Below are positions 48,927-60,760 of a stretch of DNA of 64,000 bases, piece after piece. Below the pieces are notes generated by a model, which was given only the letters and a program-made list of their open reading frames with translations, was not told the origin of the DNA and did no database searches. The position numbers and the translations under genes were made by a program. Positions within the stretch are counted from its first letter, which is position 1, and every line of letters begins with the position of its first letter. Location of the stretch: assembly GCA_038496445.1 (NCBI GenBank), contig JALMLS010000149.1, forward strand, positions 124,001-188,000. The letters are read 5' to 3'. This DNA is from Trichosphaerium sp. ATCC 40318. Lineage: Eukaryota; Protista; Tubulinea.

Positions 48927-51900
48927 ATGAACAAGACTCTTAATAATCTCCTCAAATGGTGCAAAAATCACACAGTAGGATACAGTAACGTAAACGTGAG
49001 AAACTTTACTACTTCTTGGGGTGACGGACTGGCGTTTTGTGCCATAATACACAAGTACGCACTATGAATGCGTTTAAAAGCGCAAACTAGCGCCGTCAAG
49101 CCTAAATGTTCAATAAGCTTTTACCCTGATTTGATACCCTACGATACTCTCAAGGCAGAGACAAGGGAAGATAAAATACAGTACGCACACAAAAATGTAT
49201 TCTTGCGCTTAACCGACACAGCAATCACGCCACAGCTTACAAAGTTGGCGAAGGCTTGGGTATACCTGCACTACTAGATCCAGAAGACTTGGTAATGCAT
49301 CCTAAAATTGTCTAAAGTGTCTTTTCTGACAATACACATAACAGGTAGACTTTAAACCCGATAAACGCTGTGTCCTCACTTATCTCTCCCAGTACGTAAT
49401 TTTTTTGTCAAAAACCCAAAATTTTTGTTAAATTGGACGTTTTTATCTGTGGTGGCACTATTTGACGCCTAGACTAGATACTACCACTATTTTAAAAATA
49501 AAGCACCTCGAAGTAGTGGTGGCGGACCTGCGTCGAACGACCCAATGGCTATGGCAAAGAAACTGTTGGCAGATTACGATAAACGTAAAAAAGCAGCAGC
49601 TGCGGCAGTGCGTTGATTTATTTTTTATTGATTACTTGAATCTCACTGTATTGTAGAGCAAGAAAAAAGGCGTTGGCGCCGCAGGAGGTAGTAAGGTTGG
49701 GCTAGGTGACCTAAACCAAAACCCAAAGAAGCAGATTGGCAGATCGAAATCCGGATTCATTCGTGCAGAAGATGCACCAAAGTGTTCTGTGTGCAATAAC
49801 CCTGTTTATGGTAAGCTCTACAAAAAATTAAAAAACCGAAATTGCTTAACCCCAACCACAGGGCAAGCTTTCCAGATGGGTAATTCGAACATTTGCAAGA
49901 ATTGCATGAAATGCTTTTCGTGTGGCAGAAAATTAGGCGCAAAGTGCCTTAACATTGAAGACAAGCCATATTGTGAAGGATGTGGCAAGAAAGCTTGGAT
50001 GATGAGTATGAAGAACAGACGAATGGCTACAAAGAGTCAATCAACACGTCAACTCACAACTACTAAAAAAGATCCAAAACCATCGACACCAACCACAAAG
50101 AGTAAGCCAGTACACGCAAAACGCGAAGTACCTGCCAAACCTGTTACAAAACCTACTCTACAAAAATCACCTTCAAATTCAGCCAGACCAAGAAAACAAT
50201 TCGCGCTTGAAGAGTCTACAGATGAAGTAAGTCGTTATAAAGTGCATTTCTATTAGTGCTAATGAACAAATTAGCCTGTATCATTATTTGAGAGGAGAGC
50301 TTCAGTGTTTAACAAGTCACTTGCATCTAAGAAGAAGGCTGAAGAAGAAAAACAAAGAAAACTTGACGAAGAAAGAAAAGCCAAGTTAGAAGCAGAGAAA
50401 CTTAGAAGAGAAGAGGAAGCAGAAGAAAAGAAAAGACTTGAGCGTAGACGACTTCGTAACCAGGTACTGTTAAAACACTTGCTTGTACATGTCATATGGT
50501 TAATAACAAACTGTTATAGAGGCAAAAAGTTGCTAAAGAAGAGAAACGTAAGGAAGAGGAAAGAACGAAAAAAGCAGCGGAAGAAAAACGTCTCAGAGAG
50601 GAATCTGCTAAGCGTGAGGAAGAAGCACAACTTGCTCGTAGAGCAGACAGGATGAGACGAAAAAAAGAGAAAGAAGAAGCCAGGAAGGCTCAAGAGCTAG
50701 CCGAGGAAAAGGCTAGAGAAGAGAAGAAACGAGCTAGAGAAGCAGCTGCTTTGGAGCGTAGGAGAAAAGCTGAAGAGGAAGAAGCTGCACGTCTACAAGC
50801 GGAAAAAGAACGTAAAGAACGCCGTGCAGCCAAGATTGCTGAAGCGAAGCGCTTAGAAGAGGAAGAAACAGCCCGTAGACTTAAAGAAGCCGAGGAGAAG
50901 CGAGCTCGTGAAGAAGCTGAGCGTTTGGCACGAGAAGAAGAAGAACGGAAGCAGAGAGAAGCTGCTGAACAGAAACTTCGCGATGAAGAAGCTAGAAGGC
51001 TTAAAGAAGCTGCTGATAAAGAAGAGGAGCTCAGGAAGCAGCGTGAGGCTCAAAAACTTCGCGAAGAGGAAGAAGCAAAGGCACAAAAAGAGCGGGAGAG
51101 AAAACGTGCTGAAGAACTTGCTGAAGCAAAAAGAAGAGCTGAAGAAGAGGAAGCACTTATTATCAAACGCCTTGAGGAAAAGCGTAGGCAAGAGGAGGCA
51201 GCGTTACGTGCACGTGAAGAAGAAGAAAGGAAAGAGCGAGAACGTGTTGAAGAAGAGCATAAAATACAACTTGCAGCACAACTTGCTGAGGAGAAACGTA
51301 TTGAAGAAGAAGAAGAAAGACTTCGTCTCAAACGTGCTGAAGAGAAACGACAACGCGAAGAAGCGAAGAGATTAGAGCGTGAGGAAGAAGAACGTAAGCT
51401 CAAGGAAGCTGCTGATAAGCAGAGAAGACTTGACGAAGCACAAAGGCTAAAGGAAGAGGAAGAACGTCAAAGAAAGGAAGCAGAAGAGAAACGACTTCGT
51501 GAAGAAGAAATGAAACGTCGTCGTGAGGAAGCAGAGAAGGAAGAAGAGCGTATGAGGAAGACAGTTGAAGCAAAGAAAAGACAAGAAGAAGAGGCTGCGA
51601 TTGCTCTTAAGGCTGTCAAAGCAGCATCAACAAATAATCGTGGATTAGTTGAGATACCTGGAGGTTCAAACAGACAGTCTAAGTTCAATCTATGGAAACA
51701 AAAAGAACAACTTGAGCGTAAGAAGAGGCTAGAGAGGATAGAAAGGTTAAAGCAAGAGCAAGAAGAAAGAAAAGCTGAAAGAAAATCCCGTAGGGCTTCA
51801 CTAATACAAAAGGTAAAAACAATATCAAAGACCTTTATGTTTACTGATTTTTTCCTTCTTTAGCAAAAAGCTCTTAGACAGAAATTTGAATCTGAGAGGG

Positions 51901-52872
51901 AGCTGTTCAAGCTAAAGCGTGAGGAAGAGCATAAAAGACGTTTGTCTGCAAATAAGAGTAGTGGTGGTGATGCACCAAAGAGATCAGTATTGACATCACT
52001 TCAAAAGGATTTGGAGCATGAAGCACAACATAAACGTGAAGAAACACGTAAACGTGCAAAAGCTATGGCAACACAACCAAGAGTGCAGCAACCTAAAGCT
52101 GTCAGTATTGTCAGAGATCCTAGCGTAACTTTGACACTTGCACCAGTTTCTAGTGCATCCACTAATACAAGGTACTTGCTTGCTTCTGTTTTTTGCTATC
52201 GTTGTACTAACTTTGTCAAAAGACGACGAGCAGGACTTACACGTGATTCTTCTGTGAGTACAAATGCAAAAATTACATTCCAAAGAGATCCTACGATAGA
52301 TCTTACTTTATCTAAGCCTAGAGGTGGTTTACAACGTGACGTACGCTTCCTGTTATTTGTTTTTCCTTATCTTTGATTGTGTCTAATCTTCCACCTAGGT
52401 ATCAATGGGTCGTAGGAGTGCTAATGTTATACAAGCTAAGGCATCTTCTGGCGTAGCCAGCGGTGCTTCTGGTGCAACATCGTCTCTTAGAAGAGACTTA
52501 TCCATAAACCGATCGAAAAAGAATGTTGTAAACTCTGGACAAAACTCCAGTTTTAAAACTGGAGAAACAACCACTTCACCAAGAACAAGAGGTCTTCTTA
52601 GAGAAGCATCAATTTCTAGACGATCGAGAGCCGATGGTAAGCAACACAAACACTACAGTTGATAACTTGTTTTATCCCTTTTTTTTTAAACCAATTCCTA
52701 TCCCATTGATAGACCTTTACTTACGCACTATGTGAGTTATAAAAAACCTAACACTCCTTTTTTTCTAGCACGTAAAAGAGAGAGGGAAGAGCAGGCTAGA
52801 AAGAAGAGGTTGGCAGAACGCCAACGTATGAGGGAGTTAAGGAAGAAGGCTAGACAACAAGCAACAACATAA
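48927..52872 (+). CDS. MICAL-L/EHBP1-like protein: CH domain, LIM domain, very long ER/K helix, Ser-rich tail
   Basis: [49 protein letters not shown]; LIM CSVC..CMKCFSC..PYCEGC; ~400 aa of E/K/R. Confidence 0.85.
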
Positions 52873-53464
52873 CTCCAAAAAAACCAACCCCTTGCTTTTA
52901 AGAAGAAAACAAAACCACATCACACCACAGCACGTTACTATTACAAAAAACACGCTAATGCTTAAATACAACAAAAAAAAACCTTGTAAATAAATAAAAT
53001 TAAAAACCCAACAAAATCACATATCATTATTATTATTTTAGAAGGAGCCTAGCATCGCCACACAACAAAACCCTAATTCACTTAATGGTCCGTAAGAAAA
53101 TACTCTGAACAATTGCCATCACGCCAACTTGCCATTGACGTACTTACATTGTTGAGTCACTTGGGCATTTCTCATATTCTCCTTTCTTGACGTAATGCAT
53201 TAGTTGAATCAGTTGCCCAAATCTATAACGCTTATATTCTCCTTCTCGTTTGCCAGTAACACAGGTACACTGCTGTTTCGACTGGCCATTACCATACCAA
53301 TGTACTCTCCTTTTTGTTTATCATTGACGAAATGGCAATCCTTTGTGATTAAAAAATATGTTTATTTACAAGCAAACCACAACTTGAGTTATTGTTTAGT
53401 TAACTCCTTTCTTCAAAGACAGCGATTTGCAGCAATAATTTCTGTAGTTGGGATTGCACTATTC

Positions 53465-56400
53465 TCAGTAATTACGGTGATGGCTACGCTTTCGTTTTCG
53501 TGTTGTATCAGCTTCAGTTTGAACAACTGTTTCGTCGTATGGGTTGTCAAAATTACGGTTCTTTTCGCTTACTTCGCTTGCAGGTTTATAGAATTGACAA
53601 AAAGCATTGTCTTTAGAATCAAACGCAAAATTACGCTCACCATTTCTAGAAAAAAATCAATAAACTGAAAGAAAAAAAAACTGATGTCACGTGGAGATAC
53701 ATCATAAAAATGAAACAATATTTTGATTCTACCAACGGTAACCAAAAAAAACTAAGATAAAATGTGTTTAAACATTGACAACATTGACAACCGCCATCCA
53801 AGAAAAGTTTTGAGCGAAGAGGCTTTGTATTGTAAAAATAAAAAAAGTTCAACCAAAACAAAAAAAAATGATAAGGTGTAAGTCTGGGACGTACGCTGCC
53901 ATGCTCATCTGTAGTATATCAACCCATGCTTCTTTTGTACCCAAGAAATCAATTAAAGTCTTCTTTTTATCATTTGTATCATCATTTTTTACAAGGTAAT
54001 GTCTAACAGTACCACGCTTGTAAGAAATAATCAATTGACCTTTTAATCTTTGTGATAATCGGATCAAAAAAGTTCCATCGTGCTGACGATTTAGTATATC
54101 CTCAGATTCTTTACCAGTAATGAAAGCAATAAGATAACTAAATAGATAGTGTTAATTAAAATAAAGTCACGTGCAAGTGATTATTTTATTTTTTACTGCA
54201 ACTGCAAAGTCACGTGACTTGTAAATGCAAAAAATTTCTCAAAAAAAAAAGGTACCCATTTTCAAACAACCATAATAGTTTCGGTTGGAATCTAATCTTC
54301 TTCAAAGCAGGTCCAACCCACTCCCATAATTTTTGAAACTCTGGTTGAGTGATAACCTTTTTAGTATCTATAATTTAATAAATATCATTAGCACAAGGAA
54401 ATAAAGCATCAAAAGCAAAAACAACCAAATTATTTCAAAAACAACCCAAAAAAAAAACAAAACATTCTTGCTTTGCGTACCAATGCCTTGACCAAAGTTG
54501 GTTTTTAAAATATAATTAAACTCTGTAAGAAATAGTGGTCTTTTAACATCATGAACATCTTGCTTTGTAATCTTCAAGTAATGCTTTTGAAAGTAATTCC
54601 AAAATCGAGCAATTGTGATTTCCATGGCATCTAGCAAATTTGTTAGACACACGTGTACAAAAGACACATCAAAGAAAAGACATCGTTCAATTGTTCTCAA
54701 CAAAAGGATATTAATACGTACCTTGGAAGCAGTCCTTCTTAAGCCATAAACCAGAAGCCCTAACGAACTGTGCATTTGTATTTGTAACAGATATGAAAGG
54801 TTTTGATTGTATAGTCAAATCCTCAGTAAGAGACACACCATCAATTGTGTACTATTAACACAATGAGTTTCAAGAATACAATCGCTCAAACAACCAGTTT
54901 GTAAAGAGTTTTGTTTACACTGAATTTCACGAGATTTTTTTAAAATCACGTGCGTGTTGATAAGAGGCAAAAGGGGTTTTTTCGAAAAGAAAATCGAGGG
55001 CGTCACACGCGTACCTGTGCTTGTACACCAAAGTCAACATTAACGAGATTTGGAAATGTGCCGCTTGGAAATTTAAGATCTTTAAAAATAGCACGTCCTT
55101 CGTTATTGAAAGTTTTTTCGTTTTTCTCTAATTCCTTGTTCTTTCTTTTATTACTAAAATAGAATATATAAGTATTCAATTATGATAACAATACGTGAAA
55201 CCAAATAAGGAAAAAACGATGGAATGACAGAAAAAGAATCATACTTCTGTGTTGCGTTGAGTTCAGGACGAATATATCCAGTACTGATATGAGAAACTCG
55301 TGCTGATGTTACTAGCTTTAAACAAATATCTCCAAGTGGTTTAGCTGCAGATACTACTCCAGCAGAGTCTTGCGTTATAGCCAAGTACACTGGGACACTC
55401 GTTCTAGTAAATGAGTAAGATAGAGTATTGTCGAAGAAAACCGAAAATTAACTTTTCAAGGAAAGTTCTTTTTCTTTACCTTTGATCTCCAGGAATTCTC
55501 CTCTCCAAGTGGTCTAAATCCTGACCATAAAGTGATACTTGAGGTGATAGATAAGCAGTTATATGTTGCCTTAGTTGTTCAAGCGCTTTGAATTCAATAG
55601 GTTCGACAAATTCGTTATCTTCGATCAACTAACAAAAAAGTTAACAATCAACCTGCTCGTCTGGTCGTAAACAAAGTAAAAGACAGGGAACTTCTAAAAG
55701 CAGAATTGGTGACGTGTTCACCATTATTAAATAATGGGGTAACAAGATTGCTCTAGAGTAGTCGAGACAGCGACTCCCGGCGCAACACGAGGTGTTGATT
55801 TTTCGTTGAAAAATGTTCATTTAAAAATCCAGCAGAAGTGCTGATAACGGCCGACGTACGTTTAGGTCAGATGATACGCGATGAAGTTGTGCTTTAGCAT
55901 GGTTTAAAGCATTAGAAACACCTTGAAGATTACAATTCGCAATAGAATGACAAATATGCTGTAATGATGTCTCAATAGATTTAATTTCTTTTGTATACCT
56001 AAAACCACATCAAAAAAAAAAAACAAACAAGTGAGATCATGTTTTCTTTTATGACTTGACGTACCGTCCAGACCTTAAAAGTTGTAGTCGCGTAATTGTT
56101 ACATCTGCTGGTGGTTGTGGCTAAAGGTTTGTTAAAATGAGCATCACCACATAAAGAAATCAACATAGTATTTTAGGAAGGAGATGAATGTTTTAAAACG
56201 TCAATAACTTTCCAGAAAAAAAAATAACCCGTACTGCCTTGTCACTGGGCAAAATTAAAGCGATATCGTTTAAGGAAACTGTAAATGTTTTTTTTTGTAC
56301 CTGCTCGGTTATTCTTTGTTTTTTTAGTGGTGGTTCTATTGTGTGGGTGGTTGTGTAGTTCGTGGTTTGTTGTGTAGGAGTCAAATTAGGGTCTAATTGA

Positions 56401-56950
56401 ATATCTGCAAGCTGTGGTTGCTGCGCTATATTCATTTGTGGCTGCATTTGGGTGATTTGATTGTAACCAGCCATGTTAACTGCCAACTTATCGTTAGAAA
56501 TCGATAATTCGTTATTTTGGCCATAGGGCCCTGAGAAAGGAAGCAAATCGGGTGGCATAAAATTGTTTGAAGAGAAGTTTCCATCGGTCGAGCTACAACA
56601 CATTAGATACTCCAGCAGGTTATCTTATTTGATTAATTACAAGCTAATGAAGCGATTTGCCGTATCAGTTTTATGATTTGTGCGGACACAAGCCAGAAAT
56701 AAAATTAAAAATTTCCGACTTTGAAGATAAAAAAAAGAGGTTAAAATGCGTACATTAGAGGAAACACCGTGTTATTAGGTGCGTTAGGATCAAACTTTAT
56801 CTCGCCATTAGGCGTTAGTACGTAGCTGTCCTCCATTCGAAACGATCTTGACTTATGATTTGTTGAAAAATTTCTTCTTTTTGCCTTGACCCACGCGAGA
56901 AAGTTCAAAAAAACAAAACTCGTACCATATTCACTTTGCTCGGGCTCCAT
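53465..56950 (-). CDS. Dictyostelium-type STAT transcription factor
   Basis: Q/N-rich N-terminus; coiled coil; LKFPSGT, SKPFISVTN..LKKDCF, QKHYLKITKQD..KRPL; SH2 GTFLIRLS..RHYLV; tail NPYDETV. Confidence 0.88.
54207..54220. promoter_or_regulatory. Perfect 14-bp palindrome AAGTCACGTGACTT (extended E-box) in a STAT intron
   Basis: Seen directly; a second GTCACGTG lies at 54166-54173 in the same intron. Confidence 0.55.
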
Positions 56951-57599
56951 TGCGAATCACACAATTAATATCAAAGAATGACTCTACTAATGTTGTAACA
57001 TTCAAGCAACAATACCTGATTTTCGATATTCTTTTAATCGCAGTCTGTGAAAATACCAGTATCAAGAAATATTAGCGTAGTTGTTGCACGACATAACAGA
57101 GGTACGCGTTTGGCTATAGTACAAGAGTGTAGAAGTTACTGACTCTGTTTTAGTATGTAGTGCTCACTAATTTGCCTTGGTGAACAGTGAACGACTAGGC
57201 ATTTGATCTTTCTGGTGGGAGCTTCTCAAAGTTTGCTGTAAGACAAAAAAACAACAAAATACTCACGAAACCTGGTACACAAAACAGCAATGACCACAAT
57301 ATGAATTCGCGCCTGCAAGAAGGGAATGTAGTTCACAACTTTCTAAAATTACCAAGCGTAACGAGAATAAAGACTAATTTGGACCTCAATCTTCTACTTT
57401 TTGTTTGCAAACGGAATAACACATCAACTACTCCGTCTCACGAACAAACGCCAAACGGAGTTCGCAATACTGGAAAAAATAAAGGAGTGGTTTTGTATTG
57501 TTGCAACTACCTTTAAACGATAGAACAATACAAATACAAGCGCTAAGCCGGCTTTTAATTTTTTTCAAAACATAGCAAGATAAATACAGCCAAACAACC

Positions 57600-60506
57600 A
57601 TGTCGCAACAGACACTTAAATTGTCTCTGCGTGGGGGAGGTTTAAAAGGTGGAGAAGTAAACAAGGAGCTAACCTTTCACATCGAAACAAAGACGCAGGA
57701 CGGCGAACCAACATTGCTTGAAAAAGGCGCAATACGCATTGATATCACCGCACCAGACGGTAGCAAGGTAGCACCAACAATTACGACAGAAGAAGGACAA
57801 GTTTCAGTTGTTTATCTTGCGACTGTAGAGGGCATTCACGAACTCGGTATACGCGTCAACAAGAAGAAAATCTTGCCAAAACCGTTGCGCGTTAAAATTC
57901 GACCAGGTACTTGAAAACCCTCTAAAATTGACTCTCTTGCTGCTGAGCAGGAGTAAGCGCGTAAAACTGCAACAAAATTTTTTTGTACGCTAGCGCCAGA
58001 CTAATGCTCGTTCTAATTATGTCTCACTGTTCATTGCCACCAACGCCACTCACTACTGCGTAGAAAGTCGTAATACAAGGACACAACGCGATCGCGAGAG
58101 AGAAGAGAGACGCAACAAACGTGAAAAGAAAGCGGCCAAAGCAAAAGAAAAGCGTAGAGAAAGAAATGACACAAAACGGTTTGCAACACCAAAACCAGAC
58201 TCTGTTGAGCCTCCTCCAAACTCAGGACACAGACGTCAAAATACTGACGTGCAATTCGGCGCAGACGTTATTGGTGGCGAAGAAAATAGCTCCAAATCCG
58301 GAACGGATAAAGGGTATGCAAACCTTCCTTTTGGAAGTCTGTTTAAGCTTTGGCCCTTCTAAATTCTGTCTAGTTCTATGAGTCAGGCTCGCAGGGTGCA
58401 CACTTTGCGCTTAGTAAAGAAAGCTCAGACAATGGGTTTAATTTCTCGTGAAGATCTTGTAGACGAGAACAATGATAAGAAAGAAATGGCTGATGGTACA
58501 TTAAAAAAATATAGACTAGAGTGCTAACTTTGGAACTTTTTAGATCTTTCGTCTCAAGCTTTGGAAAGATTATTAGCAAAGATGGAAGAAAAGATGGGTG
58601 AAAGGATGAAAGCCTTTGAGAATAAAATGACAGCTATGGAGGATGCTCTAGAGAAGGAGCGTGAAGAAAAGAGACGCGTAGAACGTGGTAAGGCTTGGTT
58701 TTTTTTCAAAACTTTTTGTTACAAAAATTGTGATTTGTAGAAAGCGTCTTGAGGTAAATAAACAACTCCTAATAGCATGTAGAACTTGAGGAAGAAAGAA
58801 GGCGCAAAAGGGCCGCTGAGGTGCCTAGCGCAGCTTCATTTGCTGTTACCGAAGCACAAGCAGAGAACATGCCTGTTGCGCTTGAACAAATGCTAAATAA
58901 ACTATCATTGAAGCTGCAAGCAACAGAAGAAACTCAACAACGTCTTGAAAGATTAGAATCTAGCTTAGAACAGAAAAAGGTTTGAATTGAAATTTAAAGC
59001 CCGATTCTTTTTTGGTATTAATTGTTGGTTAGAGAGAAATGGAAGAGCGCGAAAAAGAAGCATCAAAATACATGGAACAAGTTAAAAAATATGATCTTAA
59101 TGTAGTAGATGAGAAGTTAAAACGCCTCGAACGTCTTGCACGCACAAAGACACTGCGTAATAAGCGTGCGTGTTTTTTTATTAACTATTTAATCATCATT
59201 TGCACTGTCTGAAATTTTGAGTAGGTGGTATGTCTTATGGCGATTTGAAGCTAGAGTTATCAGCTGCTAGGGAGGTTATGGACGATCCTGATGCATCAGA
59301 GGCTGAACGAGCTCATGCTGAGGCTTTGGTAAGTAACACGCCTATTATTTTTTTTATAAGCGGTTGTGCTTATTGTGTTGTACGATTAGATAAGTAAAGC
59401 TATGGCTGACACTATTCCTGAAAACCATAATAAATTGGCAGCGAATCTTGCCAAGTTTGAGCAGCTCATGACGGGTTTGGATCTCGATGAGTTGCAGACT
59501 AAGCTTGCAAAATTGGATCGTATGTCACGTTCCAAGACAATCAGAAAATTAGGTGGTAAAAGTTATCAGGATATCAAAATGGAGTTGCAAACGTTGCAAC
59601 AAATATTATTTGACCCAGAGACTGAGGAGAAGGAAAAAGAGGCAGCTAACATAAAGGTTTGTTTTTTTTTCCTTTTTTTTTTTCATTTTATACAATACCT
59701 TTGTTCTGTGTCTTTCAAACAACCGAGCTTCTATGTTCAAGTAAAGAATTTGTGTTGCTGGTACAGTGCGATGACTGTGTCCAAAAGAGGCTTTGTAGAA
59801 ACCTGAGATTTCGCCTATTTTCGAAATGAATTTCTGCTGCAATATTTCCCCTTTTACTCATCTCTTTTTATTAGTTAGAAAAAGTTATGCAACAATTGGA
59901 AAAGACTCCTGAGTTCCAAAATGAGATAAGGAATACAAAGAGGGAGTGGGTTGACAAGCAATTACCTTTGAATAAGTAAGTGTCACTCCACCTTCTTTAG
60001 TTTTTTCTCTTTTTGTTTGAACGACAAACCTCCTTTTGGTAATAGTTTATCTCTGTGGCTAATGTGTTCTACTAAGGGCTGCATATGAGAATGTTCTTCA
60101 AGCCCTTAAAAAGGAGGCACAACAGAACATGGACGGTTTCCGAAAGCGCATGAAAAAATCTCCTGAATTACAGCTCATCCTTTATAAGAAGGCTCAAATT
60201 ATGAAGAAACATCAAAACGAGTATAGGAATTACGTCCTAAGTGTATCTGAACAAGAGATACGTGCTATACGTCATAATATGCCTAAATTCAGGCGTGATC
60301 AAGAGATTCAGACGCGTTTCGTAGAAACGCTTGATAATAAGATCCGTGAGATTGAGAAGCAAGCAACACAAGCTCCAAAACCGAAAAAACCGAAAAAACC
60401 AAGGAAGCAATGGAAGAGGGCTCCTGCCAATCCAAAAGGTGGAGGTGGAGGTATGAACTTCTTTGCAGAGCTTAAGTCGAAGACAATGCATAAAGCGGAT
60501 GAGTAG
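57600..60506 (+). CDS. Filamin-type Ig domain plus coiled-coil protein with duplicated helical module and WH2-like C-terminus
   Basis: LRGGGLKGGEV..FHIETK..ITAPDG..VVYLATVEGIHELGIRVNKKKI..PLRV; coiled coils; GGGGMNFFAELKSK. Confidence 0.72.
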
Positions 60507-60760
60507 AAAGGGAAAAAAAGAAGCTTTTTTTTCCCGAAGAAACGTAGTGTATCTCATGTTACTTTTGTAAATACCTCTCCACTTTCTACGTTGTTGTTAT
60601 TGCATCTACATTGTTTATAAATTTAAATCTCTTTTACGTAAAATCGTGCCAAAGTGCACGTGGCTAGTGATGTGGATAAAAGAATACGTCTACAAAAAAA
60701 ATTGTAGCTAATAAGTTTGGTTAAGTTGTCACATTTTGTTAACTCAGTCTCCTTGACACG

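Noticed and set aside
50853-51688. Ser/Phe/Leu-rich antisense ORFs and a Lys-rich alternative frame
   Set aside because: Mirror of the low-complexity E/K/R coding strand
53035-53460. Extra coding exon downstream of STAT
   Set aside because: Follows two in-frame stops and has no recognisable domain; more likely 3' UTR
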